Shown: in pieces, positions 30,247 through 38,743 of the stretch
How the letters are laid out: each line of letters starts with the position of its first letter
Position numbering within the stretch: the first letter of the stretch is position 1
Origin: an uncultured virus (IMG/VR IMGVR_UViG_3300013823_000004)
Taxonomy: Duplodnaviria; Heunggongvirae; Uroviricota; Caudoviricetes
Strand: one strand, 5' to 3'
Virus record (IMG/VR): IMGVR_UViG_3300013823_000004
DNA length: 64,000 nucleotides
Notes under the pieces: generated by a model
What the model was told of the DNA's origin: nothing
Seen by the model: the letters and a program-made list of their open reading frames with translations, nothing else
Databases searched by the model: none
Translations under genes and position numbers: made by a program

Positions 30247-30948
30247 TCAACCCGGGATTGCGTAGGTCACCAGCACGCGGGCCTCGCCTTGGCTCGCGCC
30301 GCCAGCGGCGTAGCTGGCGATCAGCGCCTCCGTGGTGCCGACAGCCTCCAGCCCCGGCGTCACCTCGAACACGGTCCCGGCGCCGGCGCGCAGGTCCACT
30401 TGCGTGCTGCCCAGGTACTTCGAGGTCGCACCAGCGACGCCGACGCTCAGGCTTGGCGCGCCGTTGAACGGCTCGTCGACGATGACCTGCACCCGCTCTA
30501 CGATGGCCGACGCCGGCAACGTGAACATTGCCACCGGCGAGCTGGCGCCGAACGCAATGCTGGTCGTGTCGATCACCAGCTTGTCGTTGCCGGCGGCGAT
30601 GGTAGTCCACTGCAGGGCGATCACGTCGTCGGCGAACGATGCGACCGTCAACGCCTGGCCCGGTGCCGGGTCGCCGGCGGGCATCACCACCACCAAGTTG
30701 TGGGTCATGCCGGTGGACGGCCGGCGGAAGGTGAACTTCCAGTCGTCGGCAGCTTCTGCCGCGCCGGCGTTCAACTCGAAATCGTTGCCGAACGTGGCGA
30801 ACAGCGCGGCGCGCACGGCCGCGTAAGCGTTGTCTTGGTCGTTGCGCGCTTCGATCGCACCAGCCGCGCCCTTGAGCTGGGGGCCACCGAGACCGAGCTG
30901 GAACTTCGAGAACAGTGTGCCGAGATAGTCGCCGAACCGACCGGCCAT
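30247..30948 (-). CDS. Fibre-cassette structural protein
   Basis: 233 aa, beta-rich C-terminus similar to upstream gene; AGGAG RBS. Confidence 0.65.
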   Translation of the reverse strand: MAGRFGDYLGTLFSKFQLGLGGPQLKGAAGAIEARNDQDNAYAAVRAALFATFGNDFELNAGAAEAADDWKFTFRRPSTGMTHNLVVVMPAGDPAPGQALTVASFADDVIALQWTTIAAGNDKLVIDTTSIAFGASSPVAMFTLPASAIVERVQVIVDEPFNGAPSLSVGVAGATSKYLGSTQVDLRAGAGTVFEVTPGLEAVGTTEALIASYAAGGASQGEARVLVTYAIPG

Positions 30949-30957
30949 GTGGATCTC

Positions 30958-31512
30958 CTACTGGATGGGTACTGCGGTGATGACCAGCTGGCCGCGGCCG
31001 GCGGTCGCGCCAACGCCCGGGGCGATGGTCAGGATCATTTCGGTGCCGGCGGGCAGCTCGGCGCGCGGCGCCGTTTCGTAGACGCCCAGTACACCGGGAG
31101 CGTTGAATGCCGGCGGCAGCAGCAGGTCAGGATCTGCGGTGGTGCCCAGCGCAACAGCCGCGCCGGTGCCGTCGAACGCCTCTTCCACCTGCAGGCTGAC
31201 GCTCAGCACCTCCAGCGGCTCCTGCACCAGCAGCACAACCGCCGGGCTGGCATCGCCGAACGCGAAGTCGATGGGCGGCATGCTGCCACTGCCAGCTGGT
31301 CCGACCGGTCCGACTGGGCCAGCCGGGCCTTCCGGCCCCTGCGCGCCCTTGCCGACCACAGCGACCGCGCGCGTGTCGGCGCGCACTGTGGCCACCGGCG
31401 CGGGCTGGTCGACGATCACCGCGGCCGTGTCCTTGACCGCGATGCCCGCTGTAGCGCGGCGCGACACGACGACGACGCGCGGCGCCTGCGCTTTGGAGAC
31501 GATGACCGGCAT
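30958..31512 (-). CDS. Fibre-cassette protein with short collagen-like repeat
   Basis: GAQGPEGPAGPVGPVGPAG. Confidence 0.7.
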   Translation of the reverse strand: MPVIVSKAQAPRVVVVSRRATAGIAVKDTAAVIVDQPAPVATVRADTRAVAVVGKGAQGPEGPAGPVGPVGPAGSGSMPPIDFAFGDASPAVVLLVQEPLEVLSVSLQVEEAFDGTGAAVALGTTADPDLLLPPAFNAPGVLGVYETAPRAELPAGTEMILTIAPGVGATAGRGQLVITAVPIQ

Positions 31513-31916
31513 TACCTGGTCACCTCGCCGCGTACGCTCAGTGAGCCCTCTACCAGCGGGATGACGTACTCCGGATCGGCGGTGACCGGCCGGTACAGCT
31601 CGACGCTGTAGGCCAGCTTCACCCTCCGCTCGTTGCTCGGGTTGAGCATTTCGGTGTCCGCCGCCGCCACCAACAGCACGACTCGGCCGTCTGCCGGGTC
31701 AGGGATCGAGAGCCGACCGTTGCCGGTAGTGAGCTCCATCACCAGCGTCTCGGCTTCGCTCAGCCCGTAGCGCCCGGCCTGGGTGCGGATCTGCATGCGC
31801 GCCTCGTAGCCGGCCAGGTCGAACGGCTGTCCGTCCTCGTCCTGGTACTCGAAGTCGTCCTCCCAGGTGGCGCCGCGCACCACCTGCAGGTTGAAACTGG
31901 CCGGGGTCCTGCTCAC
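31512..31916 (-). CDS. Fibre-attachment-like protein (BppU N-terminal-like)
   Basis: NLQVVRGATW..DLAGYEARMQIR..LVEG.L.V.GEVTR. Confidence 0.65.
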   Translation of the reverse strand: MSRTPASFNLQVVRGATWEDDFEYQDEDGQPFDLAGYEARMQIRTQAGRYGLSEAETLVMELTTGNGRLSIPDPADGRVVLLVAAADTEMLNPSNERRVKLAYSVELYRPVTADPEYVIPLVEGSLSVRGEVTR

Positions 31917-31919
31917 GGG

Positions 31920-32225
31920 TCAGATGGACAGGCGCTCGGTGATGGCCAGCACCCGCTGGGTAACCGCCTTCACCTGCTCCGTACGATCGCGCAGCTCACT
32001 GACCAGCGGGGAGCATCCGGTGGCCATGGCCTGGTCACCTTCCGGTCCCGTCGGCGGGGCGGCCATCAGCACCGGGCCCAGCCTTCCATGGAGCGTGGCC
32101 ACGGCGTTGTCGAGCTCGATGTTGGCTTTGTTCAGCGCCGCCATCGAATCCTCCGCCGGCGAGGGCGCCTTGGGAATGGCGACGCTGACGCCCAGGGAAG
32201 AGGCACCGTTGCAATGGTTCGACAT
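31920..32225 (-). CDS. Hypothetical protein
   Basis: 101 aa, GGAGAG RBS. Confidence 0.55.
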   Translation of the reverse strand: MSNHCNGASSLGVSVAIPKAPSPAEDSMAALNKANIELDNAVATLHGRLGPVLMAAPPTGPEGDQAMATGCSPLVSELRDRTEQVKAVTQRVLAITERLSI

Positions 32226-32253
32226 AGTTCTCTCCATACGCGCCGCTCGGCGC

Positions 32254-32556
32254 TCAAAGGTGAATGACTTTTCGCTTTTCGAGGCGGCGTAGGCACTGCT
32301 CGCAGGCCTGTCGCCGCGTGTCGCACTGGCGCAGGCCGGTGGCCAGCTGGCGCACGACGTCCCCACCGATCTCGTCCCAGGTATCGGCCGCGGCCGGGTC
32401 GCCCGACACGCGGACGCCGGTGTCATCGTTGGCACCCACGCAGGGCCGGAAGCACATGGCGTCGCACTGCGCCGCCACCGGTACCGGCGCGCGCGGGCTG
32501 CAGCTTCCCCAGCCGGCGAGCAGCAGCACCGCCAGCGCGAGCATCCCGACGCGCAC
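32254..32556 (-). CDS. Probable outer-membrane spanin (Rz1-like lipoprotein)
   Basis: Hydrophobic leader ending LLAGWGSC, several Cys, C-terminal helix; GGAG RBS before GTG. Confidence 0.6.
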   Translation of the reverse strand: MRVGMLALAVLLLAGWGSCSPRAPVPVAAQCDAMCFRPCVGANDDTGVRVSGDPAAADTWDEIGGDVVRQLATGLRQCDTRRQACEQCLRRLEKRKVIHL

Positions 32557-32558
32557 GA

Positions 32559-33428
32559 TCAGCTCCGCGCCGGCCAGTGCCAGCGGCCAGGCTCCATGCG
32601 GCCAGGCGCCGCCTGGGCACGCGTCGTGGCCCAGTACACGTCGTTGCCGTCCAGGAACACCTGCAGGTTGACCTGCTCGTTCGGCAGCACCTTCACCACC
32701 ATGGCCGGCAGGATGTCGCCGGCGCACGCCTTGTTCCCGATGTGCGCCTGCGCACCGCACGGCCACTTGTCCTCGAGAATCCTGTCCTGGATCGATGCGC
32801 CGTCGGTACGGCGGCCGTTGATCTTCAGCGCATCCTGCTCGCTCAGCACGTAGTAGACGATGCGCCCGAGCGCCGCTGCTGGCCGCTGCGAGTCGACGAG
32901 CAGCACGCCGGTCACGCCTGGCGGGATGGGAATGATCGAGTCCGGTCGCTCGACGCTGGCTGCCGCCTCGCTACGCCTCGCCTGCTCGGCATGGTCGTAG
33001 CTCGGTGCGGCGGCCTGCGGGTCGCCAGCGACCAGGCCGAAGTCTGGCCGCGGCGTGCCGGCCAGGTCCGCGGCGGCGTCGGCCTCGGTCAGCGACGGCC
33101 TGGACAGCTCATCGCGCACCATCTGATCGCGCAGCCGGAAGCCCAGCGGGTTCCACAGCTTGGCGATGGCGTCCTCGCGCGCGTACTTCCTGCCAATCTC
33201 GGCATCGAAGTTGGCCGGATCGACCGGGCCGTGGTTGATGCCGACCGCCTTGTGGCCGTTGTGCAGGGTCAGGACACAGATGGTCAGGCAAGTGAGCGAG
33301 CGAATCGTCACTTCGTTTGCAATGCCCACCTGCATACCGGCGGCAGCGGCGGCACGGCCGTTGAAGTAGTGCTCGACCGCGATCTCGGCCTCGATGTCGG
33401 CCAGCGTCAGCTTCGAAGGGCCGGTCAC
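32559..33428 (-). CDS. Gp49/Sf6-gp66-like domain fused to a second domain
   Basis: LTICVLTL.NG..G....VDPANFDAEIGRKYAREDA..KLW..LGFRL; C-terminal GRIVYY..PAMVV..VNLQVFLDG..W.WP. Confidence 0.75.
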   Translation of the reverse strand: MTGPSKLTLADIEAEIAVEHYFNGRAAAAAGMQVGIANEVTIRSLTCLTICVLTLHNGHKAVGINHGPVDPANFDAEIGRKYAREDAIAKLWNPLGFRLRDQMVRDELSRPSLTEADAAADLAGTPRPDFGLVAGDPQAAAPSYDHAEQARRSEAAASVERPDSIIPIPPGVTGVLLVDSQRPAAALGRIVYYVLSEQDALKINGRRTDGASIQDRILEDKWPCGAQAHIGNKACAGDILPAMVVKVLPNEQVNLQVFLDGNDVYWATTRAQAAPGRMEPGRWHWPARS

Positions 33429-33592
33429 GACAGCACCGCCCTGATTGCCAGAGCGAATGCGGCCGCGCTGAGCGCGACGAACATGAGTGCCTTCGCCAAC
33501 GTGGCAAAGGTATGGGCCTTGGTCTGCTGAACCTGCACCTCCGCATGCTGGATCTGCACTTCCGCGAAGCGAATTTCTTGGTCGTGATTCAT
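33425..33592 (-). CDS. Small membrane protein
   Basis: 55 aa with C-terminal hydrophobic helix, coupled on both sides. Confidence 0.55.
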   Translation of the reverse strand: MNHDQEIRFAEVQIQHAEVQVQQTKAHTFATLAKALMFVALSAAAFALAIRAVLS

Positions 33593-33960
33593 GGATTCTC
33601 CGATTGCGGCCCGAGGCCGGCATTGATTGCGTCGACCCGGGCCTGCCCGGGGGCGCAGTTCGCCGCGAGCGGCTGCGCGGCCGCGGCCTTCTGGTACACG
33701 ACACGCGTGCGCTCGCCGCGCTGCGCGATGGCGTCCAGCCGCTCGAGCAACTGGCCGCTGTCCTTCTTGGCGTCCTTGGCGATGCCGGCAGTCGTCGCCA
33801 ATGCCTCGGCGTACGCCTGCGCGCGTGCCTGCGCTGCGGCCTCCCGCTTGTCGCCGTACTGGCGGACGTTGAGCCACACGGACATGGCGAGCAGCAGCAC
33901 CAGCAACAGGACCCACTTCCATGCGCTGAGCCAGGCGGTGACGCGGGAGACCTTCGTCAT
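33589..33960 (-). CDS. Inner-membrane spanin (Rz-like)
   Basis: N-terminal TM helix, coiled coil, C-terminal C..G..RVDAIN; lysis context. Confidence 0.7.
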   Translation of the reverse strand: MTKVSRVTAWLSAWKWVLLLVLLLAMSVWLNVRQYGDKREAAAQARAQAYAEALATTAGIAKDAKKDSGQLLERLDAIAQRGERTRVVYQKAAAAQPLAANCAPGQARVDAINAGLGPQSENP

Positions 33961-34178
33961 GGGTCGAACCTCAGCAGGCCGGCCAGCTTCATCGCCAGGC
34001 CAGTCAGTGCGGACGAGATGGCGCCAACGACGACCAGGGCCCGCCAGCCCCCTTTCGCCGCCATCACCGCGTCGTGGATGTCCTGCACCCTCTCCTCGGT
34101 CTTCTTCTGGCTTTCGGCCAGCGCCATCACGGTGGCCTCTAGGCGGCCCAGGTCGCGGTGGATCGTCGGATCGTTCAC
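33957..34178 (-). CDS. Lysis-associated membrane protein (coiled coil plus C-terminal TM)
   Basis: 73 aa, overlaps endolysin stop and spanin start. Confidence 0.6.
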   Translation of the reverse strand: MNDPTIHRDLGRLEATVMALAESQKKTEERVQDIHDAVMAAKGGWRALVVVGAISSALTGLAMKLAGLLRFDP

Positions 34179-34933
34179 TTGGCGCTCTCGGCCAGCCTTG
34201 CGGCGTCGTTGTACCTGCCGCACAGGCCAGCCTCGTTGATGGTTCCGCGCCAGATGCGGCACATGGCCCGGTACTGGGCGGCCATGCACCGGACGTCACC
34301 ACGCGGCACGCACACGTCGCGCAACGTGACCATCTCGGACCGACGCGAGCCGACCATGCTGGTGCCTCGGTTGTAGACGGTGGCGGTGAGCGTGCCCTGG
34401 GCATCTTCGGGCAGCAGCTCCCAGCCATCGGCGAAGGTGCGACGGGCGAGACGGTGGTACGCCGGCAGCGTCACGTCGCGGAAGATGCGCGCGCAGTAGT
34501 CGTAGGGCGTGACGATGTCGCGATAGCGCGGAAGCACATCCCGCGCCTTGGTTCCGGTGATGCCGGCCGTGGTGGCGAGCCTGGCTACGGCGCGATGCCC
34601 AGCCCAGTCCCGCCGGATGACCGGTGCGCTCTGGTGCCCGCCGTCGTAGCCGACACACCAGGTAACGCCCGAAGCGCCGCCCGGCCAGATGGGCGACCGC
34701 AGGCGGCGCTCGTAGTACGCCGGGCTGGTGATCTCCCACCGGATGATGTGCGCCACGGCGGCATCGGACACGCGGTCCTCCGGCCGGTCGACGACCGGTG
34801 CCAGCGGCACGACGACCTGCACCGCGCCACGCACCTCGGCCACAGCCTCCTGCAGCGTGGCCTGTGCGGCCACCGGCGCCGGGCCGGCGCAGCAGGTCAG
34901 CGCGAGAAGAAGTGCAGCAGCAGTGCGGCGCAT
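34175..34933 (-). CDS. Endolysin, pesticin/lysozyme-like, with N-terminal signal sequence
   Basis: WEI..SGVTWCVGYDGG, L...AQG.L...VYNRG, GL..R..EA-like C-terminus; leader MRRTAAALLLALTCCAG. Confidence 0.78.
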   Translation of the reverse strand: MRRTAAALLLALTCCAGPAPVAAQATLQEAVAEVRGAVQVVVPLAPVVDRPEDRVSDAAVAHIIRWEITSPAYYERRLRSPIWPGGASGVTWCVGYDGGHQSAPVIRRDWAGHRAVARLATTAGITGTKARDVLPRYRDIVTPYDYCARIFRDVTLPAYHRLARRTFADGWELLPEDAQGTLTATVYNRGTSMVGSRRSEMVTLRDVCVPRGDVRCMAAQYRAMCRIWRGTINEAGLCGRYNDAARLAESAK

Positions 34934-35253
34934 GCCAGGAACACCAGCGTGTCGATGACGAACACCAGCAGCGGGCCGCCACGGCCCGCCATCAGCCCTT
35001 CCCAGAACGCCAGCTTCTGCTCGTCCGTCAGGCGATGCCGGAAGCGCCGGCGCGCCAGCCAGGCTAGGCCGAGCGCGGCGATGGCCTTGGCCGTCAGCAC
35101 CGGCACCTCGGTCAGTGCCGCGATGATGTCGACGGTGGCCGACGGGTCGAGCGCGCCCAGGAACAGCCACGCACCTACTGCCAGCAGCGATACCAGCGGC
35201 AGCCACACGACGGGCTCCTGCCACCTGCGAATCCACGACCAGATGCGGTCCAT
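34897..35253 (-). CDS. Probable holin (3 TM segments)
   Basis: 118 aa hydrophobic ORF directly upstream of endolysin. Confidence 0.6.
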   Translation of the reverse strand: MDRIWSWIRRWQEPVVWLPLVSLLAVGAWLFLGALDPSATVDIIAALTEVPVLTAKAIAALGLAWLARRRFRHRLTDEQKLAFWEGLMAGRGGPLLVFVIDTLVFLACAALLLHFFSR

Positions 35254-35402
35254 AAGAGGTACCTCTAGGAGCCGGCACACCCACCAACCCGCCAGGGCCG
35301 GCAGGCCCTGTGCTCGCATGCGGAAACCAGCGGCGACGCCTCACGACGAGCCCGCAGGCAGGAGCCTGCAGCTGGTGCTGGTGGTTGTGATGACCGGCGA
35401 AG

Positions 35403-35477
35403 TGGTTGCGGGGGCGCGATTCGAACGCGCGACCTGCGGCTTATGAGGCCGCCGAGCTGCCGCTGCTCTACCCCGCA
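35403..35477 (-). tRNA. tRNA with CAU anticodon (Met-type)
   Basis: Full cloverleaf: TGCGGGG TA GAGC AGCGGCA GCTC G GCGGC CTCATAA GCCGC AGGTC GCGCG TTCGAAT CGCGC CCCCGCA ACCA. Confidence 0.93.
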
Positions 35478-35484
35478 GAAACGG

Positions 35485-35538
35485 CGAAGCCACCGATCAA
35501 CCGGGAGAAGTTCGGGACCCGGTCAATCAGCGGCTTCG
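35485..35538 (-). other. 21-bp RNA hairpin in late leader upstream of tRNA
   Basis: CGAAGCCGCTGATTGACCGGG / CCCGGTTGATCGGTGGCTTCG; all 4 non-WC pairs are G.U on the minus strand. Confidence 0.7.
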
Positions 35539-35579
35539 TGCTTTCGGGCCGGCCACCTACACCTGCGCCCACGGTAGCA

Positions 35580-35660
35580 ATACTGCATGCCTCTCGGTTC
35601 CCGATGCAAACCGGCTTCCTCATGAGGAAGAAATCTTCCTCATGAGGAACAACTGAGGAA
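35580..35660 (-). promoter_or_regulatory. Candidate late promoter with upstream palindromic sites
   Basis: TTGCAT-N18-CAGTAT on minus strand; CTTCCTCATGAGGAA(G) at 35615-35630 and 35635-35649. Confidence 0.55.
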
Positions 35661-35843
35661 ACAATGTAACAAAACGTCCCGCCCTGTCGCAGAAGCTGAG
35701 ACCCCCTAACAAACCTTAACGCCCCCGGCTACGATCTGCATTCATTCACGGAGGAAGTAGATGGTCCCGCTTGGCAAAAGCGCCGCCACCATGATCGCGG
35801 CATGCAGTGTGAGTTCTCGCAGTGGCCACCTGGAGGCCAAGGC

Positions 35844-36536
35844 ATGAGCTGGACAGAGGGTGTGAGCCAATGCTGGCCTCTAGCAAAGGAATGCCGCGTA
35901 TGGTGGGAAGCATGGAGTGCGATTGCCGGCTTTCTGGCCGTTGTAGCAACCTCCGTACTAGGCTTCTACACTTACAAACTTGGAAACGCAGCAAACAAAG
36001 CCAGCCGCACTGCCTTAGATATCTCGCTCAAAGAAGCGAAAACTCGGGAGGAAAGGGACGCGACAGAAGCAATGTTGATTCTTAACAGAATTGCTGGAGA
36101 GATATCTCAAGCTCAGGTTCGCGTAAATAGCGAGCTTGATAACCTGTCATTGCCGGCAACCATGAGTGAGTTCATTTCTAGCGACCGAGCTCGAATTGAT
36201 CTCTTCAACAGGCTGGATGCCTACAAATTTCCAATTTCCGACCTGGTTATAGACAGGACTCACTATCTCGACCCAGTGATTTCTTCAAGATTAGTGCGAG
36301 CGATATATATGTTCCGCTCGATGCAGGGTGAAATGCGCTCGTGGGGCGCGACTGCCGGAACCATTGATTTTGATGAATGGTATATGTGGATCGGAATTAC
36401 TCTTATTGTAATCAGAGAAGATCTGAAAATTGTTTCAGAAGCATGCAAAGATGCCTGCAAGACCCTTGGGTTGCATGATGACGAATCACTTCCAGAGAAG
36501 CTCGCCAGCTTTCGGAGCAACGCCAGAGGGCAATAA
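35844..36536 (+). CDS. Low-GC moron, N-terminally membrane-anchored protein
   Basis: 230 aa, GGAGG RBS, opposite orientation, AT-rich, TM segment WEAWSAIAGFLAVVATSVLGF. Confidence 0.8.
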   Translation: MSWTEGVSQCWPLAKECRVWWEAWSAIAGFLAVVATSVLGFYTYKLGNAANKASRTALDISLKEAKTREERDATEAMLILNRIAGEISQAQVRVNSELDNLSLPATMSEFISSDRARIDLFNRLDAYKFPISDLVIDRTHYLDPVISSRLVRAIYMFRSMQGEMRSWGATAGTIDFDEWYMWIGITLIVIREDLKIVSEACKDACKTLGLHDDESLPEKLASFRSNARGQ

Positions 36537-36606
36537 GCAATTTGGATCGGAGTTTGCCACTGGAATTCTATTATCCAGCGAAAACGATGCCGCACCCCCT
36601 AGTGAC

Positions 36607-37131
36607 TCAGCATTTGAAGAGCCGGCGGTGGAATTCCCGGCGTCCATCGCACAGGGCCTCCTGCAGCACGGCCGTGGTAATGCGATGGGCGGCGATGTAG
36701 GCCGCCTTGCGCGTCTTGGCCAGCTTCGCGAGCTCGCCGTATGGCCGGGCGCTCTCCGGGTAGATCAGTTCGTGTGCGGCGTCGTAGATCACCAGGCGCA
36801 AGCGCCAGCGGTCCGCCGGCGCGGATAGGTCCAGAGGGCGCGGCCTGGCCAGGCGCACAGCCGCGGCGACGCGCCTATAGGCCAACACAGAGAGCCGCGC
36901 GACCGCCGCCGGCGGAACGCGCGTGGCAACGCCCAGCGCGACATGCTTCTCCAGCGCATCCGGCATGTAGCCCACCGCGGCGGCGATGTCGCTGCTTCCC
37001 AGCGCTGGCAGCGTGCTTCTACCCTCAGTCGGCACGCGGTAGCTGCCATTCACGAGCAGGCGCGCCAGCAGCTCCAGCGGGTCGCGGCCTTCATCTGCCC
37101 ACGGCTCGGTCTTCATCTTGCGGCGTGCCAT
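36607..37131 (-). CDS. Probable late transcription regulator (Q position)
   Basis: 174 aa, last gene of early-right operon before lysis; LGSSDIAAAVG motif, C-terminal HTH-like segment. Confidence 0.6.
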   Translation of the reverse strand: MARRKMKTEPWADEGRDPLELLARLLVNGSYRVPTEGRSTLPALGSSDIAAAVGYMPDALEKHVALGVATRVPPAAVARLSVLAYRRVAAAVRLARPRPLDLSAPADRWRLRLVIYDAAHELIYPESARPYGELAKLAKTRKAAYIAAHRITTAVLQEALCDGRREFHRRLFKC

Positions 37132-37144
37132 GCCCTGCTCTCCC

Positions 37145-37402
37145 CTACAGTCCTTGGTCCCGGTATCGCTTCGCCAACAGCTCGAACTTCCCCATCTCTT
37201 CCATATACCGGGCGCGCACGGACGGATCTGTCGCCGCTTGGTAGGCCTCGCGCGCCTTCTGGGCCTTATCGGCGGCCCACTCCGCCTTCGTGCGCTGCGG
37301 GCGGGCCGACCGCGCACGCGGCTTCCACCCCGATCCGCAGCGTTTTGCGATTTCCGTCAACAGGGCGTCGATGCTGATGCTGGAAAGGTCGATGTCGCTC
37401 AT
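37145..37402 (-). CDS. Hypothetical protein
   Basis: 85 aa, ATGA overlap. Confidence 0.55.
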   Translation of the reverse strand: MSDIDLSSISIDALLTEIAKRCGSGWKPRARSARPQRTKAEWAADKAQKAREAYQAATDPSVRARYMEEMGKFELLAKRYRDQGL

Positions 37403-38472
37403 GCGGGGAACTCGCTGTGCTCCTGGCCGTCCAGCATGCGGCCGGCGGCCTTCTTGCCGATGCGGCGCATGCTGACCAGCTCGTGCAGATTGGGATAGAA
37501 GGGCCGGAACTTCTCGCCGTCCCATGTCGCGAAATCGCCCCCTGGATGCTTCCAGTCGAAGCCACGGGGGCGCTCGAACGGCGCCCATTCGCCCCACTGC
37601 TTGAACAGGAACGGCACGCGCGCAGCCGCGCACTGGTCGCGCAGGCTTCGCGCCCAGTCCGGGTGCATCGGCCGGGCGTTTGGCCCGCTCTCGCCGCCGA
37701 CGATCACCCAGTCGATGCCTGGCAGGCGACGCCGCAATGGGGTGCCGGGAGCCTCGCGCCGCTGCAAGGTCGCCGGCGGATCGCCGATCCACTCGCTGCG
37801 CGGAACCGCCTCTAGCAATGCGCCGCTCATGTCCACCGACCCCAGCAGCGGCTCCATCGACAGGAACCGCACCGCCGCCGGCACCGCCAGCAGCTTCGGG
37901 ATGTCGCGGTCGGCCTCGGCCTGGGTGGCGATGGTGGCACCCAGCCAGACGTTGGGCCACGGCCACGAGGGAAGCAGGTCGGTGCCGCCTGCGATCCGGA
38001 TCAGGCTCTCCCCGATCATCTGGTGGGCATTACCGATGCGCTTGGTCAGCAGCAGCCAGTCCAGGTTCGGCGTGGCCTGGATCAGGGCGAACAGCGCGGC
38101 GCGCCACTGCGGATCCACCTCGTTGTCGAACACGTCTGCCAGGCTGGCGCAGAATACCCGGCGGCGCGCTGGTTGCGGCTGGCCGCTACACCGCGGGCAA
38201 CCCGTGCCTCCCCAGTGAGCTCCTTTCGCCTCACCGCGCCAATGGCATGCTGGGCATTCCAAGAACGGCCGCGCATTCCAGCGCAGCGGCAGCTTCCAGT
38301 TCGCCGGCGACGTGCGGCGGCGCGGCTGACCAGCGCCCCAAGCGATGTTGCAGGTGCGCGCCGGCGTCGACACCGCGGCGTAGCAGTGGTCGCACGCCGG
38401 GGAAACCTTCGTGCATCCGATCCACGGATTGAACGTGGAGTCGCACCATTCGATGTGGGTCTGGTCAGCCAT
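37399..38472 (-). CDS. DUF5131 (phage Gp37/Gp68) family protein
   Basis: IEWCDSTFNPWIGCTKVSPACDHCYA, VFCASLADVF, LLTKR, FLSMEPLLG, WVIVGGESG, FKQWG. Confidence 0.9.
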   Translation of the reverse strand: MADQTHIEWCDSTFNPWIGCTKVSPACDHCYAAVSTPARTCNIAWGAGQPRRRTSPANWKLPLRWNARPFLECPACHWRGEAKGAHWGGTGCPRCSGQPQPARRRVFCASLADVFDNEVDPQWRAALFALIQATPNLDWLLLTKRIGNAHQMIGESLIRIAGGTDLLPSWPWPNVWLGATIATQAEADRDIPKLLAVPAAVRFLSMEPLLGSVDMSGALLEAVPRSEWIGDPPATLQRREAPGTPLRRRLPGIDWVIVGGESGPNARPMHPDWARSLRDQCAAARVPFLFKQWGEWAPFERPRGFDWKHPGGDFATWDGEKFRPFYPNLHELVSMRRIGKKAAGRMLDGQEHSEFPA

Positions 38473-38743
38473 CCGCAGGTTCCTTGATCAGTCTCATGGT
38501 CTTGCCCGCGCCTTCGAGGAACGCGGCTTCGTCGAACTGGAAGCCGCCGCGAAAAGCGACGCAGGCGGGAAAGGCGCGGGGAGGATCCAGCCCGCACGCG
38601 GCGAGGCGCCCCACGCCCTGGAACACTCTGGCCCGGTGCACGCAGTAGCAGCAGCCGCCCTCCTCCAGCACCAGCGCGCGCACGCGCTTGGTCTGGGCCC
38701 GCGCGCAGCTGCGCTCCGGCTTGGTCAGGTGATCAGCGGTCAT
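38465..38743 (-). CDS. Cys-rich hypothetical protein
   Basis: 92 aa, CCYC..C..C. Confidence 0.55.
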   Translation of the reverse strand: MTADHLTKPERSCARAQTKRVRALVLEEGGCCYCVHRARVFQGVGRLAACGLDPPRAFPACVAFRGGFQFDEAAFLEGAGKTMRLIKEPADG

